Assembly (NCBI GenBank): GCA_965219995.1
Contig: CBDCOX010000002.1
Location: forward strand, 1,504,001 to 1,568,000
Source of the DNA: Candidatus Latescibacterota bacterium
GTDB taxonomy: Bacteria > Latescibacterota > UBA2968 > GCA-2709665
DNA: 64,000 bases
Direction of reading: 5' to 3'
This document shows positions 49,199 to 57,718 of this stretch, in pieces (position 1 is the stretch's first letter; each line of letters begins with the position of its first letter). The translations under genes were made by a program, and so were the position numbers. Under the pieces are notes generated by a model. The model worked only from the letters and a program-made list of their open reading frames with translations, made no database searches and was not told the origin of the DNA.

Positions 49199-50173
49199 TC
49201 AACTCTCCCCGTATGACGTTAACACGGCGTCCCATGCGAGCTCGGAAGCGATGAATCCGATGTCGAATTCATCCAGGGTTTTCGTCTTGACTTCATTTGT
49301 GGTGACGGCATACAGGATATCGCCGTCATATTGGGTGTGAAAGGGCTGAATCGCCTGCGACATGGAGCTATGCACCTGTTTCGCCAATTGATGGAAAGAT
49401 CCCGAATCCAACTGACGGTTGGTGACGACCAACGTCAGGGTCGTGTTTTCGCGAGAAGGGATGCTCTTTTTCGATCTGCCAGATCTGCGTTCAACCCGAT
49501 CGCGTATATGAACGCGGTTTCCTGTCTTGGGATCCCGATTCCCCCTGACGACCCGCCCCTGCCGATCGACAATCGCCCCGAGCGCATTCACAACGGTAAA
49601 TACAGCAATTCTCGTACGTCCGATCTGTCGAAAGGCGGCGCCCTGTCCGGATGATTCCCGAACACCCAGCCCGGATCCGCCGCCCACGTTCGCCGAACGA
49701 CCTGCACCGCGCGCGCCGAGCGGAAAGGCGCCGGTTCGGCCTGCTCTCAGAGCGGCACGACCTAGTCTCATATCCGGATAGATGGCGTTGTTCCTCCCTC
49801 TCCAATCCCAGATAATAGCTCCCGACACAAGGGGAATATTCTCCCAGTTAATGGAATAATTCTGCATCGCGAGAAGCTCGGCGCGCACGCCGAGGGCTGC
49901 TTCAAGGCCGTAAAGCGAACCGCCGGCAAAGCAAATGGCGTGGGACCAGCCATAGCCCGTCTCGATTGCGCCAACGCTGCCTCCTCGAATATCCACAGCC
50001 GTGGAAACCCCTTTCGGGAAGTGGAACACGGTACAACCGGTCGGACCCTCTTCATACTCAGCGATACCGACCTTCATCATCGGAAAGTTGAACTCGAGGG
50101 TTGGACCGTCAAAGTCGGTCTTTGGATTCAACTGCACGGTATCATGTGAGACCGGTTTTCTTCGCTTTGCCAT
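49199..50173 (-). CDS. P1/S58 (DmpA-like) peptidase
   Basis: TGCTV, GGSLYGL, VVNALG, NTTL and PFHTQYDGD. Confidence 0.9.
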   Translation of the reverse strand: MAKRRKPVSHDTVQLNPKTDFDGPTLEFNFPMMKVGIAEYEEGPTGCTVFHFPKGVSTAVDIRGGSVGAIETGYGWSHAICFAGGSLYGLEAALGVRAELLAMQNYSINWENIPLVSGAIIWDWRGRNNAIYPDMRLGRAALRAGRTGAFPLGARGAGRSANVGGGSGLGVRESSGQGAAFRQIGRTRIAVFTVVNALGAIVDRQGRVVRGNRDPKTGNRVHIRDRVERRSGRSKKSIPSRENTTLTLVVTNRQLDSGSFHQLAKQVHSSMSQAIQPFHTQYDGDILYAVTTNEVKTKTLDEFDIGFIASELAWDAVLTSYGES

Positions 50174-50176
50174 TGC

Positions 50177-51520
50177 TCAATCCTGCTTGGAATCGCCTTT
50201 CGCCAGGCTGGCGCAGACAAGCTCCTCATCGTTGCGGACGAAAACGTGTTTATAAGCGAACGCGGGGTGCGCCCATGTGACGCCGCCTCGACGATTCAAC
50301 TGATCGCGCGTCGGTTCGATCAGTTTCGCGCGACTGATGACATTCAGTCCGTCCGGTGAAAGGGTCGTAATCAGGAGTTCGCCGCGCTCATTGAACATCC
50401 AGACCCTGTCGCCGTTCCTGATGAAATGGATATTGCTCCAGCGGGCTTTGGGTACCGCTGTCAGGTCTTCCCAGATCCGTTCGCCGTTGCGGGCATCCAG
50501 GCAGCGGAGTTCTCCGTAACTGTCCACCCCGTAGATGTAATCACCAAGTCGGACCGGAGTCGACATCGTGGAATGCAAGGCATCCGTGTTCCGCTCGTCC
50601 TTGCCCTTACGGTGCCACCCGAATTGCATCTCCGGCTTATCCGGATTCACCTTCAGCAGCAACGATCCATCGAAGAAATCCGTAAAAAACAACTCGTTGC
50701 GATAAAAAACCGGGGATGCGATGCCGATCTCCATGCGTTTCGGCGGAAAAGGATGGCGCCAGTACACGCCGCCGGTCGCCGGGTTGAGTCCGACGATACT
50801 CTCGGCCGTCCGACAGACCAGGACGCGCTTATTGCCCTGCGTAATCGCAATCGGCGCCGAGTACGATGCCTTGTCGTCCAGTGCCTTCCATTTCTCGACG
50901 CCGGTTTCGCGGTCGAATGCGACGATGCAGGCGCCCGGCGTTCCGCCGGCCTGGACGATGACGTTTGAACCTTCAACGATCGGCGCGCTTGCAATGCCCC
51001 AGGTCGGCATCGCGATATTGTATTCGGAGTTCAGGTCTCTCTTCCACTTCAATGCGCCTGTGGCCGCGTCGAAGCAGTGGAGGTGGCCCATCGCGCCAAG
51101 GGCGTACGCCAGGCCGTTGTGAACGGTTACCGTCGCGCGGGGTCCCGCGACATAGTTGATCCGGTACTCGCAGTCGTACGTGTAGGACCAGATCAGTTCT
51201 CCCGTTTCCCACGCAAAACAGTGGACCCGTTCGACCTGTTTCGGTTTCGGGAGACGGTCCGTCACGTAGACGCGCCCGTTGACGACGCTCGGGCCGCTAT
51301 AGCCGCTGCCGATCGGTACTCGCCAGCGGACCGGGATCTCCGGACCGTCGAACACATCGATGATCCCGGCCTCTCGCCAGACACCGTCCCTGGCCGGTCC
51401 CCGCCACTGCGGCCATTCGTCGGCCGCAATCGAAGAGATGGGGATCAATACTGCCAACAACAACACCGCAATTCTCAATTGAACCACTCTCCTGCTTCGT
51501 CCTGTCTTCTGGTCTGACAC
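50177..51520 (-). CDS. Secreted PQQ-like beta-propeller protein
   Basis: Signal peptide; DEWPQWRGP and repeated DA.TG..KW. Confidence 0.9.
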   Translation of the reverse strand: MSDQKTGRSRRVVQLRIAVLLLAVLIPISSIAADEWPQWRGPARDGVWREAGIIDVFDGPEIPVRWRVPIGSGYSGPSVVNGRVYVTDRLPKPKQVERVHCFAWETGELIWSYTYDCEYRINYVAGPRATVTVHNGLAYALGAMGHLHCFDAATGALKWKRDLNSEYNIAMPTWGIASAPIVEGSNVIVQAGGTPGACIVAFDRETGVEKWKALDDKASYSAPIAITQGNKRVLVCRTAESIVGLNPATGGVYWRHPFPPKRMEIGIASPVFYRNELFFTDFFDGSLLLKVNPDKPEMQFGWHRKGKDERNTDALHSTMSTPVRLGDYIYGVDSYGELRCLDARNGERIWEDLTAVPKARWSNIHFIRNGDRVWMFNERGELLITTLSPDGLNVISRAKLIEPTRDQLNRRGGVTWAHPAFAYKHVFVRNDEELVCASLAKGDSKQD

Positions 51521-51724
51521 ATAAATCTCCTTGAGTTATCGACGCTTCCAGCGTTTGCGGCCGCCGCGAGCCTGACGGGCACGAGCGGCACGAGCGGCGT
51601 CGCAGACCTCGTCCTTCGCGCTCGATTACAAGCCGCCGATTCCGCCGTGAAACCGAATCGTCTTTGACGGCGAGATCCGGTAACGAGACCCAGCCCGATC
51701 ATCACAACCTGCTATCGGGTCTCG

Positions 51725-52108
51725 TTACAGTCTCTGACCAATGTCGATTCGGTTGCCATCGGGATCTGCGATGACGAAATCCCGAAGACCGTATTCCTGA
51801 TCGCGAAGACCCTTGATAATCCGTACTCCCGACTTGCACAGGTGATCATAGAGGGCGCTTGCATCGCTCACGATGAGGTGCGCGACATTGTGCGTCGTGG
51901 GCTTCGGATCGCGCGACAACGACAGGTGCAGTTCAGCCCGGTCCTTTTTCAGGATCACGAAGCCAACCGGATTCCCGTTCTCGAACGTCTTGCGCATTCC
52001 CAATATGGAAGTGTAGAATGCGACGGATTTCTCAATATCACTGACTCGAATCCCGGGCGCCATGCGCCCGAACTCAACTGAATCGGGGAAATTCGATGAA
52101 TCGCCCAT
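51725..52108 (-). CDS. VOC/glyoxalase protein
   Basis: VSDIEKSVAFY and YGLRDFVIADPDGN. Confidence 0.92.
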   Translation of the reverse strand: MGDSSNFPDSVEFGRMAPGIRVSDIEKSVAFYTSILGMRKTFENGNPVGFVILKKDRAELHLSLSRDPKPTTHNVAHLIVSDASALYDHLCKSGVRIIKGLRDQEYGLRDFVIADPDGNRIDIGQRL

Positions 52109-52257
52109 GAACTCTGCCTCCTTCAATGGCCACACGCCCGGAACCAAGGCAATGCTCAATGCAGGACAATGGCCGGCTATAGGAAGCCGAGGCGGTGCTC
52201 GGATCGATGATCGGGCTGAGTGCTACGTCGTCAGACGGCAAATCAATCGCCCCGGTC

Positions 52258-53376
52258 TCAGAGCGCTGCGGTCGTCTCATTCAACGACCGGAGCAGCCTT
52301 CTTACTTCGGATCCATATGAAGGTCCGCCGTTTCCGATGGCCTTTCGCGCGGTCAGAGTCCAAATGAGTTCCTGCAGGCTGTAAAGGAGATGGACCGATT
52401 CCCACGACGGACCGTCAAGTCCCCTCGTGTGCAGGTACTCGCCCCAAAGAGCCTCTCTGAACGCCGAAAAATCGCTTCGGTATCGCCAAAGCTCCCCTCC
52501 CCACTCACCGAAGTTGAACTCGAGGACCGGATTTCCGATCCCGGCGTTTCCCCAATCCAGGATTCCGGTGACTTCCAGGTCCACGTCTGATCGGACCAGA
52601 ATCTGGTCCTCGTGGATATCCCCGTGAAGTACCACGTCCTCCATCGCGGCGAGCGCTCCAAGTGCCCGCTGCCATTTTTCGTAACTCGCTGCGGAATTCA
52701 ACGCTCCGAATTCCTCCGTGCTGTCCTCGGCAGCCAATTCCCGGATCGACGAAGCAACTGAATCCGGTGCGATTCCCAGGGTACCCGATTTGAGCGCTCC
52801 GTACAGCCATCGATACGAGTCGCCATGATCGCCGTCGACGTCGTGAGACTGTGGTTTCAGGAAGGCAGTTTCGGGACCCAATGGCAGGTTGTGCCAGATT
52901 CCGGCGAGCCGTCCGACGGCGCAGATCACATTTCCATAGTCGGTCGTACTGCACGCATGTTCGATACTGCCAAGCAGCACCCCTTGCAGACGCGTGACAA
53001 CGCCGAACCTGTACGAGCTCATCTCGCGGTTTTCGACCCATTCGACAAGCCTGGGAACCGGCAATCCGTTCAGTCTGTTCAACAGGTCATATACTGCAAG
53101 CTCTAGATCCAGCGAACACTGGTACCTGGGATGCCTTGGAAACAGAAACGCATGATCCCGGGACTTGATCACGTGCTTGGACCATCCGGTAAAGTCGGCT
53201 TCAAGCTCACCAGGTTTCAGCCCGAACGCTTCACAGAAACGATCGAGTTGAGGCCTGATCAATATGGCTTCGAGTGCATTAGAGTCTGCCACGATGCGGT
53301 GATCCCCGTACGTACGCCGATTGCTGATTCTGCGGGACGTCCGCGGTCCAGCAGATCCAGTCGGTGAATGCGCCAC
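52258..53376 (-). CDS. Aminoglycoside phosphotransferase-family protein (start possibly GTG at 53292)
   Basis: HGDIHEDQIL and GILDWG. Confidence 0.88.
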   Translation of the reverse strand: MAHSPTGSAGPRTSRRISNRRTYGDHRIVADSNALEAILIRPQLDRFCEAFGLKPGELEADFTGWSKHVIKSRDHAFLFPRHPRYQCSLDLELAVYDLLNRLNGLPVPRLVEWVENREMSSYRFGVVTRLQGVLLGSIEHACSTTDYGNVICAVGRLAGIWHNLPLGPETAFLKPQSHDVDGDHGDSYRWLYGALKSGTLGIAPDSVASSIRELAAEDSTEEFGALNSAASYEKWQRALGALAAMEDVVLHGDIHEDQILVRSDVDLEVTGILDWGNAGIGNPVLEFNFGEWGGELWRYRSDFSAFREALWGEYLHTRGLDGPSWESVHLLYSLQELIWTLTARKAIGNGGPSYGSEVRRLLRSLNETTAAL

Positions 53377-53400
53377 GGTTTGACTCGTTTGGAGGGCATA

Positions 53401-53772
53401 TCAGATCTGAGTATCTGCATAGAAGTTGACGATGTTGCCATCCGGATCGCGGAACCACACGGACCGACGCCCCCAAGGCTGGGTTGTCGGCGGTTTGACA
53501 AACTTGACATTCATGGCCTGCAGACGTACGAACTCCCGGTCGACGTCGTCTACTTCAAATTCGACCGTATAGCTGCCGGTACCAGCACCGTTCAGGCATC
53601 CGGGCGCCATCTTCTCCGTGCGTTCCGAGGAGTAGATGGACAGAACCGCACCCTCCGTCGGGATGATCTCGAAGATATTCGCCTCTTCAGGCTCGAGTTC
53701 CAGGATTTCCCTGTAGAACGCGCAGAGACGAGGCACGTTTTCTGTTACAATACAAATGCCAGTGAACCGCAT
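53401..53772 (-). CDS. VOC/glyoxalase protein
   Basis: EFEVDDVD and PWGRRSVWFRDPDGN. Confidence 0.93.
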   Translation of the reverse strand: MRFTGICIVTENVPRLCAFYREILELEPEEANIFEIIPTEGAVLSIYSSERTEKMAPGCLNGAGTGSYTVEFEVDDVDREFVRLQAMNVKFVKPPTTQPWGRRSVWFRDPDGNIVNFYADTQI

Positions 53773-53856
53773 GGTGACCCTCAGTGAGTCTTCGTGGGAT
53801 TATCACTCGCACGGAGCCGCCGTCGCACATGCCCCCGAATAGAAAGAACTCGATTG

Positions 53857-54669
53857 TTACGCCTCGAGCAACGGTCCCCAATCGGCGGCGAAGTCATTGG
53901 AAGGACCGTTGGAGAGATTGACCAGGTTCCCACCGTCAACATCGATCCGGTAAATCTGCTGCCGGCCGTCTTCGTGGCCTGTAAAAACGATCTGTCGGCC
54001 GGTCGGAGACCATGAGAGTTCTGCTACGCCCGTTACCTGGTCAGTGAGGCGTTCGGGATCCGATCCGTCGGCTTTCATAACGTAGACCTGCCTGACACCG
54101 TCACGGTCAGAGTTGAAGGCAATCCACTTTCCGTCCGGCGACCAGACAGGGTCTCCGTCATCGCCCTCCGAAACGTGCAGGCGTCGCTGCCCGCTTCCGT
54201 CCCCGTTCATCACGTAGATCTGCGAGCGTCCGTCACGGTCGGACGTGAAGGCGATCCGGGAGCCGTCGGGAGAAAAGGTCGATTCCAGTTCGCACGCCGG
54301 ATGATTTGTCAGGTTTCTCTGGTTGGAACCATCGCGGTTCATCGCGTAGATTTCGACGTTGTCGTCTCGATCGGTGGTAAAGATGATCGTCTCCCCGTCC
54401 GGCGACCAGTGCGGCCGGAGATCCGGCGCCGTATTCCGGGTCAATCGCACGGGCCGGCTCCCGTCCGCGTCAATCAGGTAGATTTCCCCTTTCCCGTAAC
54501 GTCTGTCGCAGTAAGCGATGCGCGTGCCGTCGGGCGACCATCGCGGATGGTCTTCCTCCCAATCCTCGGTACGGGTGATATTCGTCTGATTGCTTCCGTC
54601 CTCGTCCATGACGAAGAGATCGAACGTACCATCCCGATCGCTGACAAACGTGATCTTCGAAGAATTCAT
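53857..54669 (-). CDS. TolB-like PD40 beta-propeller protein
   Basis: Repeated P.WSPDG..IAF.SDRDG; the ORF-track 5' extension runs through a palindromic repeat. Confidence 0.9.
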   Translation of the reverse strand: MNSSKITFVSDRDGTFDLFVMDEDGSNQTNITRTEDWEEDHPRWSPDGTRIAYCDRRYGKGEIYLIDADGSRPVRLTRNTAPDLRPHWSPDGETIIFTTDRDDNVEIYAMNRDGSNQRNLTNHPACELESTFSPDGSRIAFTSDRDGRSQIYVMNGDGSGQRRLHVSEGDDGDPVWSPDGKWIAFNSDRDGVRQVYVMKADGSDPERLTDQVTGVAELSWSPTGRQIVFTGHEDGRQQIYRIDVDGGNLVNLSNGPSNDFAADWGPLLEA

Positions 54670-54744
54670 GACGGCGCCCACGTCGACTGGTCGGGTTTTG
54701 GATTCAAGCTGATTGGTGAACGCTGATCGCTGCTCTTGCTCCGC

Positions 54745-54787
54745 TTCCTCCCCTCTCCCCTTGGGAGATGGGGCTGGGGCGTGAGGG
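54745..54787 (-). repeat. CCCTCACCCC..CTCTCCC..GGGAGAGGG-type palindrome
   Basis: Reverse strand CCCTCACGCCCCAGCCCCATCTCCCAAGGGGAGAGGGGAGG. Confidence 0.7.
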
Positions 54788-54899
54788 TCACCACTTCGCA
54801 ACAGACGCATCCAATGCCGAATCGAGACATGATGCAATAGGAAAGTGATATGAATTTTCGCAACATAAGAATCTATGATGGATTATTCGCGAAAACCCT

Positions 54900-55103
54900 G
54901 GTTTTGATGTATAACGGGTTGTTTTTCAATAGATTCTGCGAAATATCACGCGTCAGCATTTCATGAATTACGAAATTGATTGGTCAGGGAGATGTTTTGT
55001 AGCCCACCGAGGTAAAGATCCATCGGTTTGGCCCGGAATAGTGAGCATTTGTCCTGCTCTTGGTCTTTATCCTGTTCATCCTGTCCATCCATGTAAGTTC
55101 ATG
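54900..55103 (-). repeat. Family B element copy 5
   Basis: Closely similar to 5536-5739. Confidence 0.9.
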
Positions 55104-55112
55104 TTTAGTGAA

Positions 55113-55802
55113 TTATTCAGGCTCTATGTCATGTTTCCTCAGGACGAGAAGCTCATCTTCCTGGGCCGCCTCCAGGGTAAAATTGAACCGGTCCGCGTCC
55201 AGACACATATCGACGTCTCGTGGATTTATGCCCGGGTAGTCCTCTGCCGCTGCCTGACGAATATCGTCTGCAGCCCCGGACTCGGTGGCTCTCCGGATAT
55301 ACGGGGCTGGATCGGTCTGCGGGTCCCGAATGAGCGCATCGATGTACTGGGCGCACGCCAGGTCCTCTTCAGCCGCCCCGTCCTCGCCTGTCACGACGTA
55401 GGTCAACTCCTTCGGCGCCAGTTCGCGCAATCTGCGAGCGACAGAAGATGCGCAGACGAAACCCGTGCAGATCAGCGGCTTGCAGTGGCGCACGGCAACG
55501 GCGCCGATTGTGCCGGCCGTTGTCCGTTGCACGATGGTTTTCCCGCGAATGTCCGCTTCCCGCAAGTCCGCGGGTGAATTGTACAGATCGAATCCCTTTG
55601 CAGGCGCGCCGTCCTTCAACGCCAGGGATCCAGGAATCCGCGCCTTGATTTCAAGAGCTTCCTTGAGGTCGTCAATCAGAATCATCCTCGACGCGCCAAT
55701 GTGCAAGGCCCATGCAGCAACGGTATACGCTCGCATCACGTCGATAACAACTGCTGCGCCGGAGACCGAGTCACACTCACCGATTCCTAAAAACCTTGCC
55801 AT
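55113..55802 (-). CDS. 2-phosphosulfolactate phosphatase (ComB-like)
   Basis: VVIDVMRA, NSP, TTAGT and EDLACA. Confidence 0.9.
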   Translation of the reverse strand: MARFLGIGECDSVSGAAVVIDVMRAYTVAAWALHIGASRMILIDDLKEALEIKARIPGSLALKDGAPAKGFDLYNSPADLREADIRGKTIVQRTTAGTIGAVAVRHCKPLICTGFVCASSVARRLRELAPKELTYVVTGEDGAAEEDLACAQYIDALIRDPQTDPAPYIRRATESGAADDIRQAAAEDYPGINPRDVDMCLDADRFNFTLEAAQEDELLVLRKHDIEPE

Positions 55803-55814
55803 GAAATAGTCCCT

Positions 55815-56621
55815 TCAATGAACGCGTTCCGGATATGGATTCTCGGGAAGTCTAACTCCCCCTACCCAGGCTACATGGTGTGTGGTCTCGATTTCACCGG
55901 ATGATGTCGTGTTGCGTTCAGCGAACAGCTTCAGGCGAGGGTCATCATAGCGGGGAAGGGATCCCCCGCCCCAGGCCCAGATGGAACACTGGAACTGAAG
56001 CCAATCGTAGATATCCGGATAGATCCTTTTCTCAATGACGTCGGCTGCGAAACGAATCCCTACACCGCTCCTTTCCATTGAGACGCGCATCTGGTCCTGA
56101 ACAGTTATCGTCTGGGATAGCCGTGTACTATTCCCGAAGATTTCCTTCACCTCCTGATGGTGCAACTCCCCAATCAGTTCAAAGAAGATCAGACCTTCCG
56201 GCTTCAGGACACGCAGTGCGGCCTGAACACCATAGATGTCGTACCCGATGGGCGCGCGTTCGGAGTAGACGAAGTCGAACGATTCCGGCGCCAGGGAGTC
56301 GCTCTCTGCAAGGAAATCGAGACGCCTGAATTCAACGTTCTGCGCATCACTCTTTCTCAGGGCGTTCTCGGCCAGTTCTAAGTGTCTGGGGTCGTTTTCG
56401 ACACCGAGAGCCGAGTCAAAGCGAACGGCATTCTGCAGTAGCATTCCGCCGTTCCCGCACCCGATGTCCAGGACTCGCATCTGAGGGCGGAACTGAGACG
56501 CAATGATCTCCGTTGCCCGAGGCGCGATGTTTCCATCGGTCCGGTATTTCGCCGGTCGCGATCCGTAGTAGGAGTGTTCCTCATTCAGAATCGACTTCAG
56601 GCGATTCTGGTCAAGTTCCAC
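55815..56621 (-). CDS. Class I SAM-dependent methyltransferase
   Basis: VLDIGCGNG and SFDFV. Confidence 0.9.
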   Translation of the reverse strand: MELDQNRLKSILNEEHSYYGSRPAKYRTDGNIAPRATEIIASQFRPQMRVLDIGCGNGGMLLQNAVRFDSALGVENDPRHLELAENALRKSDAQNVEFRRLDFLAESDSLAPESFDFVYSERAPIGYDIYGVQAALRVLKPEGLIFFELIGELHHQEVKEIFGNSTRLSQTITVQDQMRVSMERSGVGIRFAADVIEKRIYPDIYDWLQFQCSIWAWGGGSLPRYDDPRLKLFAERNTTSSGEIETTHHVAWVGGVRLPENPYPERVH

Positions 56622-56708
56622 AGATTGAATCTCCGTTCGGATAGAGCTGAACTGAAGTGGGGAGACGCGCCAAGGCTTCGAGCCGCAGGCTACATCAAAA
56701 ATACCTGA

Positions 56709-57371
56709 TTACGGCCGCGCACCTCTCACGGCAAAGAAAAACGGATGGACCTCTTCCGCAGTATCGGCACCTTTAAGCCCGGCGCCCACGACACCTTCCT
56801 GTTCAATCTCAAACCCGGTTTCAGCGAGAATCTTCCTGTACGTTCCGGGCCCAAAGTTGCTCCAATACATGGTTTCGCCGAAGAAGTCATCCTCCGTGTA
56901 TCCGGGCCCGTCATCTTTCGGTGCGACCGTAAACAGAAGGAGTCCACCCGGCCTGATCCACCGCGCGAACCGCCGAAAGAGTTCCCGATGCTCCTGTCTC
57001 GGAATATGGAAGATCGCGTAGTAGCTGACAATTGCGTCAAAGCTGCCTTCGGGGAATTCGGTCTCCGTAACGTCAGCGTGGATGAACCTGGCGGTAGAGA
57101 CGTTTTCCCTGGCCATGGCTATCATGCTCGAGGAGATGTCGATCCCCGTAACTGAAAAATTATCAGCAAGTTCCTTCACAAAGGGGATACCTGACCCACA
57201 GCCGACGTCAAGAATCCTTGAACCCGGTTCCAGGCGCCCCGCGATCAGGTTGATCTCCGCCCAGGGCCTGGCACTTCGTTGGCTCGCATATTCCGACGCG
57301 CATCGGTCGTAGGCCGCTCTGACAAACGCTCGATAATCGGCCTCTGGATCGTTTGCAATCTTGAAAGACAT
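56709..57371 (-). CDS. Class I SAM-dependent methyltransferase
   Basis: ILDVGCGSG and YAIFHIPR. Confidence 0.92.
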   Translation of the reverse strand: MSFKIANDPEADYRAFVRAAYDRCASEYASQRSARPWAEINLIAGRLEPGSRILDVGCGSGIPFVKELADNFSVTGIDISSSMIAMARENVSTARFIHADVTETEFPEGSFDAIVSYYAIFHIPRQEHRELFRRFARWIRPGGLLLFTVAPKDDGPGYTEDDFFGETMYWSNFGPGTYRKILAETGFEIEQEGVVGAGLKGADTAEEVHPFFFAVRGARP

Positions 57372-57390
57372 TTCTCTTCACCCGATTCTA

Positions 57391-57597
57391 GTGTTTCGTC
57401 CCAAAAATTCCTCACCATTCGACCGGCAATTCATCCCGTCTATTGACGTTGCTTGCGCTGAGCTTGTCGAAGTGCCCTCGCTCGCCGACTATACGCATGT
57501 CGCCTGCACTCAGGCGCTGGGTCCTGAGCCTGTCGAAGGATGCGAGACGGGCGACTCGGCGGTCGAATTTAGGCAACTTATTTCCGGGACAGAACAC
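57391..57597 (-). mobile_element. Family A MITE, 207 bp, carrying two micro-element insertions
   Basis: Aligns to 31497-31659 except for +23 bp (57453-57475) and net +21 bp (57518-57540); intact CTAG at the left junction. Confidence 0.9.
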
Positions 57598-57718
57598 CAG
57601 GAATTCGCTTCGAAAGCAGTTATTCGGCCTTTCCCGGGAGGAAACTCGCCATCTGGCATATTGATATCCAGGCGATATTGTGACCGTCGCAATCACGGTT
57701 CCGGGACAGCAGTGATCA

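Noticed and set aside
51691-52219. 13-bp inverted repeat GATGATCGGGCTG flanking a VOC gene
   Set aside because: A single short match without extension or target duplication; plausible by chance in 64 kb
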